Assembly: GCA_040005775.1 (NCBI GenBank)
Contig: JBDTYI010000049.1
Span: 1-58,791, forward strand
Reading direction: 5' to 3'
DNA length: 58,791 bases
Origin: Solirubrobacteraceae bacterium
GTDB taxonomy: Bacteria > Actinomycetota > Thermoleophilia > Solirubrobacterales > Solirubrobacteraceae
In this document: piece by piece, positions 38,936 to 48,596 of the stretch
How positions within the stretch are numbered: position 1 is the first letter of the stretch
How the letters are laid out: every line of letters begins with the position of its first letter
Notes under the pieces: model-generated
Told to the model about the DNA's origin: nothing
The model's input: the letters and a program-made list of their open reading frames with translations, nothing else
Databases searched by the model: none
Made by a program: the position numbers and the translations under genes

Positions 38936-39991
38936 TCAGGAGGCCGCCGACAGGACTTCAGCGGCGATCCGCGCGGCCGCGTCGGGCCGGGCGAGCGCGC
39001 GCGACGCGCGGGCCATCTGCGCCAGGCGGTCGGGGTCGCCGAGCAGCGCGTCGACCTCAGCGCGCAGTCGGTCCGGGGTGAGCTCGGCGTCGGGCACGAC
39101 CACCGCGGCGCCGCCGTCGGCCATCCAGCGCGCGTTGGCCGCCTGGTGGTCGCCCGCGGCGTGCGGATAAGGCACGAGGATCGCCGGCAGCCCGTGCGCG
39201 GCCACCTCGGCGATCGACCCGCCCGAGCGCGCCACGCACACGTCGGCGGCCAGCAGCGCCTCGCCGAAGCCGTCGATGTACTCACGCAGGTCGTAGCCCG
39301 CGCTCAGCTCGCGTTCCGACAGCGCCGCGAAGTCGCGCGCGCCGGCGGCGTGCAGCACCCGGTAGGGCGAGCCGGCCAGGCCGGCGATCGCCGCCTCGTT
39401 GATCGACCGCGCGCCCAGCGAGCCGCCGAACACGAGCACGCAGCGATCGGTGACGTCGAGATCGAACCGGGCGCGCGCGGCGGCGCGGTCGGTCGCCGGG
39501 CGCGGGACCGGGCGGCCGGTGACCGGATACTTCTCCCCCTCACGGCCTCCGATCGGGAAGGCGAGGCAGACGCGCCGCGCGCGGCGCGCCAGCAGGCGGT
39601 TGGTCAGGCCGAGGTGGCTGTCGGCCTCGGTGAGCACGAGCGGCACACGCGCCCGCACGGCGGCCAGGCCCACCGGGCCGGCGACGTAGCCGCCCCCGCC
39701 CATCACGGCGGCGGGCTCGAGCTCGCGCAGGATCGCCCGCGCGGCGCCGACCGCCTTTCCGGCGCGCACGACGGCGCGGGCGGCCTTCAGCGGATTGGAG
39801 CGGCTCAGCCCCTCGACCGCGATCGGGCGCAGCTCATAGCCCGCGGCGGGGACGAGGGTCTTCTCGGCCCGCTCGCCGCCGACGAAGACGACGTGCGCGC
39901 CCTCAGCCCGCAGCGCGTCCGCGACCGCCAGCGCCGGCACCACGTGCCCGGCTGTCCCGCCCGCGGCGATCACGATCGTCTTCTGCGCCAC
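38936..39991 (-). CDS. murG: Undecaprenyldiphospho-muramoylpentapeptide beta-N-acetylglucosaminyltransferase
   Basis: The GTG start gives (M)AQKTIVIAAGGTAGHVVPALAVADAL. The C-terminal region contains ARSGGSIAEVAAHGLPAILVPYP. Confidence 0.9.
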   Translation of the reverse strand: MAQKTIVIAAGGTAGHVVPALAVADALRAEGAHVVFVGGERAEKTLVPAAGYELRPIAVEGLSRSNPLKAARAVVRAGKAVGAARAILRELEPAAVMGGGGYVAGPVGLAAVRARVPLVLTEADSHLGLTNRLLARRARRVCLAFPIGGREGEKYPVTGRPVPRPATDRAAARARFDLDVTDRCVLVFGGSLGARSINEAAIAGLAGSPYRVLHAAGARDFAALSERELSAGYDLREYIDGFGEALLAADVCVARSGGSIAEVAAHGLPAILVPYPHAAGDHQAANARWMADGGAAVVVPDAELTPDRLRAEVDALLGDPDRLAQMARASRALARPDAAARIAAEVLSAAS

Positions 39992-41147
39992 CGCGGCGGG
40001 ATCCTGTCACGACGCGCAGCGGCACGGTGCCCCCGCCCGCCACGTTGAGCAGCAGGCCCATGCCCACGAGCAGCACGGTGAGGTTCGTCGCGCCGTAGGA
40101 GATGAAGGGCAGCGGCACCCCGGTCAGCGGCGCGAGGCCGAGCACGGCGAAGACGTTCAGGCACGCCTGGCTGAGGATCAGCGACGTGATTCCCGCGGCC
40201 AGCAGCTTCGCGTAGGCGCCGCGGGCGGCCTTCGCGACGCGCAGGCCCGCGTAGGCGACCATCCCGTACAGGCACAGCAGCGCGAGGATCCCGAGCACGC
40301 CGAGCTCCTCGCCGATGATGGCCAGGATGAAGTCGGTGTGGGCCTCGGGCAGGTAGAAGATCTTCTGCACCGACTGACCCAGCCCGCGGCCGAAGAACCC
40401 GCCCGAGCCCAGCGCGATCTGGCCCTGCACCGCTTGGAACCCCGCGTCCCCCGCATGGCTCCACGGGTCCAGAAACGACGTGAGCCGCGCCCGCCGGTAG
40501 GGCTCGACGATCGCGAACACCGTGATCAACAGGACGGCGCCGCCCGCCCCGATCCCCAGGAAGCGCACCGGGAAGCCGGCGGCGACGAGCAGCGCGCTGA
40601 GCGTGAAGGCGATGACCAGCGCGGTGCCCAGGTCGGGCTGGGAGGCGACGAGCAGGATCATCGTCCCAGCCACCATCAGCACGGGCGTGACGGCACGCGG
40701 GGTGCTGATCTTCCGCGGCTTCTGGGCCAGGAACTTCGCCGCGTAGAGCACGAGCGCGAGCTTGGCCAGCTCGGAGGGCTGGAAGACCAGCGGGCCGGCG
40801 CCCAGCCACCGCCGCGCGCCGTTGACGGTCACGCCGACGCCCGGGACCTTCACCGCGACGAGGCAGCAGAACGCGATCGCCAGCAGCGGCCCGGTGATCC
40901 GCACCACGAGCTCGAGCCCCTGGCGGGCGATGAGCTGCATCGCGATGAACCCGAGCGCGCCGTAGGCGCAGTAGCGCACGAGGTAGGTCGTCCCGTCGCC
41001 CTGCCCTTGCAGGAGCGTCTTGGCGCTGGAGGCGCTGTAGACCATGATCGCGCCCGCGGCGAGCAGGCACAGCGTGGCCGTGAGCAGGAGGTTGTACTCC
41101 AGCGGCTTCTGAGGGGACTTCTTCGTGGCGCGGGCGGCGACGCGCAT
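39903..41147 (-). CDS. ftsW: Peptidoglycan glycosyltransferase FtsW (SEDS family)
   Basis: 414 aa, about 10 TM, with MVYSASS and PEAHTDFILAIIGEELG motifs. The last 30 or so codons (Arg/Gly-rich) overlap the murG start by 89 nt; the frame simply lacks an earlier stop. Confidence 0.9.
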   Translation of the reverse strand: MRVAARATKKSPQKPLEYNLLLTATLCLLAAGAIMVYSASSAKTLLQGQGDGTTYLVRYCAYGALGFIAMQLIARQGLELVVRITGPLLAIAFCCLVAVKVPGVGVTVNGARRWLGAGPLVFQPSELAKLALVLYAAKFLAQKPRKISTPRAVTPVLMVAGTMILLVASQPDLGTALVIAFTLSALLVAAGFPVRFLGIGAGGAVLLITVFAIVEPYRRARLTSFLDPWSHAGDAGFQAVQGQIALGSGGFFGRGLGQSVQKIFYLPEAHTDFILAIIGEELGVLGILALLCLYGMVAYAGLRVAKAARGAYAKLLAAGITSLILSQACLNVFAVLGLAPLTGVPLPFISYGATNLTVLLVGMGLLLNVAGGGTVPLRVVTGSRRGGAEDDRDRRGRDSRARGAGAGGRGRAAG

Positions 41148-41153
41148 GTCGAG

Positions 41154-42425
41154 CTACTTTCGCCGCGCGGCCACCAAGTCCTTGAACGCGCGGCCGCGCT
41201 CCTCGAAGTCGGCGAACTGGTCGAACGACGCGCACGCCGGCGACAGCAGCACCACCTCGCCGGGCTTCGCCGCGGCGGCCGCGGCGTCGACCGCAGCGGC
41301 CAGCGTCCCACAGCGGGCGCCGCCGACGGCGGCCTCGATCACGGGCGCGTCTTCGCCGATCAGGTAGACGCCGGCGCAGCGCTCGGCGGCGGGCGCGCGC
41401 AGCGGGGCGAAGTCCTGGCCCTTGGCCTGCCCGCCGAGGATCAGATGCACGGGCGTCTCGAAGCTGGCAAGGGCCACGAGCGTGGAGTCGACGTTCGTCG
41501 CCTTGGAGTCGTTGACGTAGAGGACCGCGTCGAGCGTCGCGACCTCCTCGAGGCGGTGCTCGACGCCGGCGAAGGTCCGCAGCCCGGCGCGGACCGCGTC
41601 GAGCTCGACGCCGCGGGCCAGGCAGATCGCGGCGGCGGCCATCGCGTTGCGGCGGTTGTGCAGCCCGCGAATCCCGATCTCCTCGACGCCCAGCAGCGGC
41701 TCCTCGGCCCACCACAGGTGCCCGGCGCGGTCGGACAGCTCGGCCTGCGGCCCGTCGCCGAAGCACACGCGACGCGCGCAGCCGCCGAGGTCCTCGATCC
41801 CGAGGCCGAGCGGCGCCACCGCGACGTCGTCGTTGCCCTGGTGGGCGAAAACCTGAAGCTTGGCGGCGGTGTAGGCCTCCAGGGTGCCGTGGCGGTCGAG
41901 GTGGTCGGGCGCGACGTTGAGCAGCACCGCGCCTTCGGGGGCGAACGCGGTGGTGTCCTCGAGCTGGAACGACGACGTCTCGCACACGACCGTGGCCGCC
42001 GGGTCCAGCGCGCCCACGAGCGAGCTCAGCGCGGTGCCGACGTTGCCCGCCACGGCGACCGGGAGCCCGGCCTCGCGGTGGATGTGGCCGATCAGCTCGA
42101 CTGTGGTCGTCTTGCCGTTCGTACCCGTGACCGCGACGAACTCGTTGGCCAGCAGCCGCCAGGCGACCTCGATCTCGCCCAGGACGGGTATCCCGCGCTC
42201 GAGCGCCGCGGCGATGATCGGCGCCTCGCGTGGCACGCCGGGCGACTTCGCCACGGCGTGTACGCCCTGCAGCGCGGCGGGCGTGTCGTCGCCGGTGCTG
42301 CGGTCGACCCCGCGTGCGTCGTGGCCGGCACCGTGCAGAGCGTCGAGCACGGCGCGGCCCGAGCGCGCCATCCCGACGACGAGCCACGGGCCCGTCGGCA
42401 GGGGCGGCCGAAACGATGGGCTCAC
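41154..42425 (-). CDS. murD: UDP-N-acetylmuramoylalanine--D-glutamate ligase
   Basis: Track ORF 41154..43139 trimmed to GTG 42425, which overlaps the mraY stop (GTGA). It has ..WLVVGMARSGRAV.. and the ATP site VAVTGTNGKTTTVEL. Confidence 0.9.
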   Translation of the reverse strand: MSPSFRPPLPTGPWLVVGMARSGRAVLDALHGAGHDARGVDRSTGDDTPAALQGVHAVAKSPGVPREAPIIAAALERGIPVLGEIEVAWRLLANEFVAVTGTNGKTTTVELIGHIHREAGLPVAVAGNVGTALSSLVGALDPAATVVCETSSFQLEDTTAFAPEGAVLLNVAPDHLDRHGTLEAYTAAKLQVFAHQGNDDVAVAPLGLGIEDLGGCARRVCFGDGPQAELSDRAGHLWWAEEPLLGVEEIGIRGLHNRRNAMAAAAICLARGVELDAVRAGLRTFAGVEHRLEEVATLDAVLYVNDSKATNVDSTLVALASFETPVHLILGGQAKGQDFAPLRAPAAERCAGVYLIGEDAPVIEAAVGGARCGTLAAAVDAAAAAAKPGEVVLLSPACASFDQFADFEERGRAFKDLVAARRK

Positions 42426-43390
42426 CGCACGGACTGCTGGAAGATAGTGAAGCCGATCGCGGCGGCCACGGCGGCGACGATCCAGAAGCGCAGGATGATC
42501 TTCGTCTCCGACCAGCCGGAGATCTCGAAGTGGTGGTGCACGGGCGCCATGAGGAACACCCGCTTGCGGAAGGTCTGGAACGAGAAGACCTGGATCAGCA
42601 CGCTGAGCGCCTCGATCACGAAGATCCCACCGAGGACGATGAGCAGCTCCTCGGTCTTCGTCATGACCGCCAGCCCGGCGACCGCGCCGCCGAGCCCGAG
42701 CGATCCGGTGTCCCCCATGAAGATCGTCGCCGGGAACGCGTTGAACCACAAAAAGCCGACGCACGCGCCGACCAGGCAGCCCGCGAGCAGGGCGAGGTCC
42801 TCCTGGCCGGTGGTGATGAAGGTGATGCCGATGTAGGCCAGCAGCACGATCGCCGCGCAGCCCGCCGCGAGGCCGTCCAGGCCGTCCGTGAGGTTGACCG
42901 CGCTCGTCGTGCCGGCGACCACCAGGTAGATGAGCAGCGGGTAGAAGACACCGAGATCGACGGTGGCGTCGATGGTACGCAGGCGCAGCGTCTCGGGCAG
43001 CCCCGCCTTCTGCGTGGCCACCCACCACAGGCCGAGGGAGATGATGATCGTCATCCCGAGCTTCGTGCGCGCCCGCAGGCCGAGCGACCGGCGCTTGACG
43101 ATCTTCGTGTAGTCGTCGGCGAAGCCCAGCAGCGCGCACAGGATGGCCGCGCCGTAGACGCCGACCGCGCGCCAGTCGTAGTTCGCCAGCAGCAGGAACG
43201 GCAGCGAGACCGCCGTGAAGATGATGATCCCGCCCATCGTCGGCGTCCCGGCCTTCACGTGGTGGCCCTCCGGGCCCTCCTCACGGATGTGTTGGCCGAA
43301 CTCCCGCTTGTGCAGGAACTCGATGAACTTCGGGGACAGGAAGACGCAGATGAGCAGGGCGGCCGTGCCGCCGATGAGGATCTCGCCCAT
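42422..43390 (-). CDS. mraY: Phospho-N-acetylmuramoyl-pentapeptide transferase
   Basis: 322 aa with GQHIREEGPEGHHVKAGTPTMGG, NLTDGLDGLA and MGDTGSLGLG motifs. Confidence 0.95.
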   Translation of the reverse strand: MGEILIGGTAALLICVFLSPKFIEFLHKREFGQHIREEGPEGHHVKAGTPTMGGIIIFTAVSLPFLLLANYDWRAVGVYGAAILCALLGFADDYTKIVKRRSLGLRARTKLGMTIIISLGLWWVATQKAGLPETLRLRTIDATVDLGVFYPLLIYLVVAGTTSAVNLTDGLDGLAAGCAAIVLLAYIGITFITTGQEDLALLAGCLVGACVGFLWFNAFPATIFMGDTGSLGLGGAVAGLAVMTKTEELLIVLGGIFVIEALSVLIQVFSFQTFRKRVFLMAPVHHHFEISGWSETKIILRFWIVAAVAAAIGFTIFQQSVR

Positions 43391-44691
43391 CAGCGCCCGC
43401 GGGGTGGGCGGGTCGAGATTGCCGGCGCGACGACCTCGAGGCCGACGCCGCGCGAGCCCTTGACCAGCACGGTGTCGCCGGGCTCGATGAGACCGGGGAG
43501 AACCGCGACGGCGGCGGCAGCGTCGGGCACGGCGACGACGCCGTCTCCGTACCCGTCGGCCATGCGGGCCGCGCGCGGGCCCACCGCGACGAGCAGCTCG
43601 ACGCCCGCGGCGCGCGCCTGCGCCCCGGTCTCGGCGTGGAACCGCATCTCCTGCGGGCCCAGCTCGAGCATGTCGCCGAGCACGGCCACGCGGCGCCCAG
43701 ATGCGGACGCGGCGAGATCGTCGAGGGCGGCGCGCATCGACATCGGGTTGGCGTTGTAGCAGTCGTCGATGACGACGATGCCTCCGCCCAGCTCGATCCG
43801 CTGCCCCCGCAGGCTCGACAGCGCCACGTCCAGTGCGCCCGCGGGCTCGACGCCGACGGCGCGGGCGGCGGCGAGGGCCGCCAGCGCGTTGCGCAGCATG
43901 TGGGCGCTGGCAAACGGCACCGTCAAGCCGCCGGGCAGCGCTTCCACGTCACCGCCGGGACCGAACGTGATCGTCGTCACGTCGTCGCGGCGGTGGGCGT
44001 CGAGCAGCGTCTCGCCCGCCGGGATGACGGCGGTGCCGCCCGGCGCGAGGCCCGCCACGAGCTCGGCCTTGGCCGCCGCGATCGCCTCGATCGAGCCCAT
44101 CAGCTCGAGATGCACCGGGGCGACGGTCGTGATGAGCGCGACGTCGGGCTCGGCGATCCGGGCGAGCTCGGCGATCTGACCTGGGCCCCGCATCCCCATC
44201 TCCAGCACGAGCGCCTCGGTTCCCGCCGGAGCCTCGAGCACGGTGAGCGGCAGCCCGATCTCGGTGTTGCGGTTCTCGTGGTTGGCGACGGTCCGCAGCC
44301 GCTGGGCGAGCATCGCGGCGAGGATGTCCTTCGTCGACGTCTTGCCCACCGAGCCGGTCACGCCGACGACGGGGCACGCGAGCTCGCGCCGCCACACCGT
44401 GGCCAGGCGCTGAAGGGCCAGGAGGGGGTCGTCGGCGGCGATGACGGCGCCGGCGCCCGGCAATTGCCCGGTGGCGTGCCCGGGCGCCACCAGCACACCC
44501 CAGGCGCCCGCCTCGAGCGCGGTAACGGCGTACGTGCCGCCGTCGACGCGCTCGCCGGGGAGGCCGACGAACAGGTCCCCCGGCCCCACGGAGCGCGAGT
44601 CGATCTCCGCGCGCAGGGGACCGGGAGCAGCCTCCCGCACAACACGGCCGCCCGCCGCCTCGGCGACGCGCTCAGCCGGCCACGCGCGCAC
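43390..44691 (-). CDS. murF: UDP-N-acetylmuramoyl-tripeptide--D-alanyl-D-alanine ligase
   Basis: 433 aa with ATP site GVTGSVGKTSTKD and the Mur ligase middle and C-terminal domains. The stop shares one base with the mraY ATG. Confidence 0.9.
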   Translation of the reverse strand: MRAWPAERVAEAAGGRVVREAAPGPLRAEIDSRSVGPGDLFVGLPGERVDGGTYAVTALEAGAWGVLVAPGHATGQLPGAGAVIAADDPLLALQRLATVWRRELACPVVGVTGSVGKTSTKDILAAMLAQRLRTVANHENRNTEIGLPLTVLEAPAGTEALVLEMGMRGPGQIAELARIAEPDVALITTVAPVHLELMGSIEAIAAAKAELVAGLAPGGTAVIPAGETLLDAHRRDDVTTITFGPGGDVEALPGGLTVPFASAHMLRNALAALAAARAVGVEPAGALDVALSSLRGQRIELGGGIVVIDDCYNANPMSMRAALDDLAASASGRRVAVLGDMLELGPQEMRFHAETGAQARAAGVELLVAVGPRAARMADGYGDGVVAVPDAAAAVAVLPGLIEPGDTVLVKGSRGVGLEVVAPAISTRPPRGR

Positions 44692-46105
44692 GCAGCACCT
44701 CCCGCGAGACCTCGACGTCGTCGAAGGGCAGCTTCTCGCCGCCGGCCAGCTCCTGCCCGCGCTCGTGGCCCTTGCCGGCGACCACCACGACGTCGCCCGG
44801 CCCCGCCAGCGCCACGGCTCGCTCGATCGCCGCGCGGCGGTCAGGGATGCGCTCGATGCTCGCGCCGCCGGCCATGCCCGCGGCGACCTGATCGATGATC
44901 GCGACGGGGTCCTCGCTGCGCGGGTTGTCGGAGGTCACGATCGCGACATCGGCCCCGGCCGCCGCGGCGGCGCCCATCAACGGGCGCTTGGCGCGGTCGC
45001 GGTCCCCACCCGCGCCGAAGACGACGAGCACCCGCCCGTCGGCCAGCTCGCGAGCCGCGCGCAGCACGTTCTCGATCGAGTCCGGGGTGTGGGAGTAGTC
45101 GACGACGACGGTGAAGTCCTGGCCGGCCTCGACGGCCTCGAAGCGCCCCGGCACGCGATCGGCCCGCGGCAGCGCGCCGGCGATCGCGTCGCCCCCGACC
45201 CCGAGCGCGCGGGCCACGGCGACCGCGCCGAGCGCGTTGAGGACGTTGAAGCGCCCGGGCATCGCGACGCGCAGGCGCAGGCCGTCGGCCTCGAAGGTGG
45301 TGCCCGACGCGTCGGCCTCGAGCACCTTGGCCCGCAGGTCGGCTGCGTCGGAGTCCAGGCCGATGGTGATCGCACCGGGCAGCTCGGTCGCCAGGCGGGC
45401 GCCCCACGGGTCGTCGACGTTGACCACGGCGATCGGTGGGCGCGGCTCGCCGACGAAGAGCATCCGCTTGGCTGCGAAGTAGTCCTCCATTCCGGCGTGG
45501 AAGTCGAGGTGGTCCTGCGTGAGGTTCGTGAAGACGGCGGCGTCCCAATGGATCGCGTCGGCGCGATGCAGCGCCAGCGCGTGGCTGGAGACCTCCATGA
45601 CGACCGCCTCGTCGCCCGCGTCGCGCATTCGCGCGAACGTGCGCTGGAGGTCGATCGCCTCCGGCGTCGTCCGGACCATCGGCGCGGCCTCGCCCCCGAC
45701 GATCGCAGTCACCGTGCCGAGCATCCCGGTGCGATGCCCGCCGGCCTCCAGCAATGCGCGCACGAGGTAGGCGGAGGTCGTCTTGCCGTTCGTGCCGGTG
45801 ATCCCGACCGCGGTCATGTGCGCCGTCGGGTCGCCCGCCAGCGCCGCGGCGGCCGGCGCCATCGCGGCGCGCACGTCGGGCACGCGCACCTCGGGCACCC
45901 CGAGGCCAAGCTCCCGCTCCACCACGAGCGCGCTCGCCCCGCGCGCCACGGCGTCGGGCGCGAAGTCGTGCCCGTCGCGGGTGAAGCCGGGCACGCAGAA
46001 GAAGAGGGTCCCGGGGGCGACGACGCGATTGTCGTAGGCCAGCGCCGTGATCTCGACGTCAGGCGCGTCGCCCGCGGCGTCCCCGAGGAGCTCGCGGAGC
46101 AGCAT
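44672..46105 (-). CDS. murE: UDP-N-acetylmuramoyl-L-alanyl-D-glutamate--2,6-diaminopimelate ligase
   Basis: 477 aa with GITGTNGKTTSAY and DNPR (DAP-type specificity motif region ..TSDNPRSEDP..). It overlaps murF by 20 nt. Confidence 0.9.
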   Translation of the reverse strand: MLLRELLGDAAGDAPDVEITALAYDNRVVAPGTLFFCVPGFTRDGHDFAPDAVARGASALVVERELGLGVPEVRVPDVRAAMAPAAAALAGDPTAHMTAVGITGTNGKTTSAYLVRALLEAGGHRTGMLGTVTAIVGGEAAPMVRTTPEAIDLQRTFARMRDAGDEAVVMEVSSHALALHRADAIHWDAAVFTNLTQDHLDFHAGMEDYFAAKRMLFVGEPRPPIAVVNVDDPWGARLATELPGAITIGLDSDAADLRAKVLEADASGTTFEADGLRLRVAMPGRFNVLNALGAVAVARALGVGGDAIAGALPRADRVPGRFEAVEAGQDFTVVVDYSHTPDSIENVLRAARELADGRVLVVFGAGGDRDRAKRPLMGAAAAAGADVAIVTSDNPRSEDPVAIIDQVAAGMAGGASIERIPDRRAAIERAVALAGPGDVVVVAGKGHERGQELAGGEKLPFDDVEVSREVLRARVAG

Positions 46106-46139
46106 TGCGCCGGAGTCTATTTCGACCCGCCGGGGTGGG

Positions 46140-47801
46140 CTATTTGGGCGGGATCCGCAGGTACGGCAGGGCGAAGGAGGCGATCTTGCCGAACGCCGGC
46201 GCGGCCACCACGCCGCCGTAGATCGCGCTCTGCGGCTCGTCGACCATCACGCCGATCATCAGCTTCGGGTGAAGCGCCGGCGCGAAGCCCATGAACGAGG
46301 CGATGTAGTTCGCCTTGGAGTACTCGCCGGTGCGGGGATCGATCTTGTTCGCCGTGCCCGTCTTGCCCGCGAGCTGGTAACCGGGGATCGAGACCTCGCT
46401 GGCCGTGCCGCCCGGCGCGAAGGCGCCTTCGAGCATCAGGCGCAGCTGCATCGAGGTCTCCTTGGAGATCACGCGATGTCCCTGGGGCAGCCCCGTGCGC
46501 TTGCCGTCGACGCGGCGCACGAGGAGCGGCGCCCGCAGCACCCCGCCGTTGGCGATCGCCGAGTAGGCGGCGGCCATCTGCATCGGCGTGACCGACTCGC
46601 CCTGGCCGATCGGCAGGTTGCCCATCGATGAGCCCGAGTACTTGTTCACCGGAAGGACGAGGCCACGCTCCTCGCCGGGGAGGTCGACGCCGGTCTTCTT
46701 GCCGAAGCCGAACTTGCGCACGTAGTAGTCGAAGCGCTTCGCGCCGAGGCGCTGGCCGATCGTGATCGCGCCGACGTTGGAGGATTGCGCCAGGATCTGC
46801 GCGGTGGTCAGGCGCTCGGGGCCGCGCGGGTGCGACTCCCCGATCGTGCGGTCGGCCACGACGATCTGCGGCGCGAGGTCGAAGGGCGTGTCCGGCGTGA
46901 CCTTGCCGTCCTGGAGGGCGCCGGCGACCGTGAAGGCCTTGAACGTCGAGCCCGGCTCGTAGGTGAACCCGACAGCCCGGTCCTGCACCGCGTAGCTGGG
47001 CGCGGTCCACGGCTTGTTGGCGTCCACGCGCGGCCAGTTCGCGAGGGCGAGCACCTCGCCGTCGTTGGGGTTCATCACGATCGCCGTCGCGCCGCGCGGG
47101 CGATAGGTCTGCCCCACGTCGGCGAGCACGCGCTCGACCTTGTCCTGGATCGCCGCGTCGATCGTCAGCTCCATGCGCGCGCCGGGCTTGGCGGGCTTGG
47201 TGTCGCGAACCTCGATCGACTGGCCCAGCGCGTCCTTGACGAGGCGGCGCCTGCCGCTGGACCCCTCGAGCTGGTGCTCGTTGCGGTACTCCAGGCCCAT
47301 GAGCCCCGAGCCGTCGGTGCCGACCGAGCCGAGCACCTGGCTGGCGAGGAACTGGCGCGGGTAGAAGCGCGAGTAGCCGGGCGTCAGCGCGATGCCGGGC
47401 AGGTCGAGCTTGCGGACCGCCTCGGCCTGGTCGGCGGGGACCTCGCGGGCGAGGTAGCTGAAGCCGGTGTCGCGGCGGGCGAGCTTCTTGACGAGCGCCT
47501 CGGGCGTCGTGCTCAGCAGCGGCGCCAGGCGGTTCGCGGTGCGCAGCGGGTCCTTGACGAGGTACGGGGTCGCCGAGACGTCGTCGGCGGGCTCGGAGAC
47601 CGCGAGCTCGGTTCCGCGGCGGTCGACGATCGTGCCGCGCCGGGCGGGCAGCTCGGTGTCGGCGACCTGCTGCGAGGTGGCCGCGCTGGCGAGGCTGGAT
47701 CCCTTGACCGTTCCGAGCCAGACGACGCGGACGCCGGCGATCAGGAGGAGGACGAGGAAGGCGCTGAAGAGGAGGCCGATGCGGCGCTCGATCAGCGCCA
47801 C
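46140..47801 (-). CDS. ftsI: Penicillin-binding protein, class B transpeptidase (FtsI/PBP3-like)
   Basis: 553 aa with an N-terminal TM and the transpeptidase motifs GSTFK, SSN (QSSNVGA) and KTGT (GKTGTAN). Confidence 0.9.
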   Translation of the reverse strand: MALIERRIGLLFSAFLVLLLIAGVRVVWLGTVKGSSLASAATSQQVADTELPARRGTIVDRRGTELAVSEPADDVSATPYLVKDPLRTANRLAPLLSTTPEALVKKLARRDTGFSYLAREVPADQAEAVRKLDLPGIALTPGYSRFYPRQFLASQVLGSVGTDGSGLMGLEYRNEHQLEGSSGRRRLVKDALGQSIEVRDTKPAKPGARMELTIDAAIQDKVERVLADVGQTYRPRGATAIVMNPNDGEVLALANWPRVDANKPWTAPSYAVQDRAVGFTYEPGSTFKAFTVAGALQDGKVTPDTPFDLAPQIVVADRTIGESHPRGPERLTTAQILAQSSNVGAITIGQRLGAKRFDYYVRKFGFGKKTGVDLPGEERGLVLPVNKYSGSSMGNLPIGQGESVTPMQMAAAYSAIANGGVLRAPLLVRRVDGKRTGLPQGHRVISKETSMQLRLMLEGAFAPGGTASEVSIPGYQLAGKTGTANKIDPRTGEYSKANYIASFMGFAPALHPKLMIGVMVDEPQSAIYGGVVAAPAFGKIASFALPYLRIPPK

Positions 47802-47804
47802 GAC

Positions 47805-48596
47805 CTACCTCGCTCCCTCGGGCGCGGCAACGGCGGCTGGTGTCAGGCTCGCAGAGCCCGAACCCGCTGCATCAGCGGAGCCCGAGGCGCCGCCGGTGCC
47901 TGTGGCGGCGGCGGTGGCCGGTTGGGTTGTCGCCGGGGCCGGCGCCGGGGTCTGGGCCTGCTGGGTGGCGGGCGGAGCGGTCTGGGCCGGCGTGGCGGTG
48001 ACCGGCGCGGGCTGAACCGCCGTCACGGCCGGGGTGACCGCGGGCGCAGGCCCCGCTGCGGGGGCGATCGTCGTCGTGGCCGGGACGACCGGGTCCTTGA
48101 CCGGGCTGGGCGCGGTGATCGACGTCGCCGCGAGCGCAGCGTTGGCCCCGCGCGCGTTGAGGAAGTGCACGTCGCCGGCCGGCGGCATGACCATGCCGAG
48201 CTTGGCCGCGACGTCCTGGATGCGCTCGCCGGAGTCGAGCGTGGAGATGTCGCCGCGCAGGCCGGAGTTCTCGCGCTCGAGCGTGTCGGCCTTGGTGACC
48301 GCGGTCCCGACGCTCGCGTTGAGGCGCAGCAGCGAGACCTGCATGAAGACGATGCCCAACAGCGCCACCGCGACGATCGCCAGCCAGACGCGGCCGCGCA
48401 CGAGGCGGTCGAGCATGCGCGCGTCGCCCAGGCGACGGGCTGCGGAGAGCAGCGCGTGCACGAGCGTGCGCTGCGCGGGAGCGGTGGTTGCGGTCTTCGG
48501 ACGCGGTGCAGGGTGGGTGGGTCCGCTCTTCCGGCGCGCGATCTGCGACCCCCCGCGCCGGCGCAGCTGCGGGTGGGCGGCGGCGGTGTGACTCAT
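47805..48596 (-). CDS. ftsL: FtsL-like cell division protein (single TM plus coiled-coil, with a long Pro/Ala/Thr-rich tail)
   Basis: It occupies the ftsL slot between rsmH and ftsI. It has a basic N-terminus, the TM segment VWLAIVAVALLGIVFMQVSLL, a short coiled region, and then about 110 aa of P/A/T-rich low complexity. The call is by synteny and topology, not by a family motif. Confidence 0.6.
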   Translation of the reverse strand: MSHTAAAHPQLRRRGGSQIARRKSGPTHPAPRPKTATTAPAQRTLVHALLSAARRLGDARMLDRLVRGRVWLAIVAVALLGIVFMQVSLLRLNASVGTAVTKADTLERENSGLRGDISTLDSGERIQDVAAKLGMVMPPAGDVHFLNARGANAALAATSITAPSPVKDPVVPATTTIAPAAGPAPAVTPAVTAVQPAPVTATPAQTAPPATQQAQTPAPAPATTQPATAAATGTGGASGSADAAGSGSASLTPAAVAAPEGAR

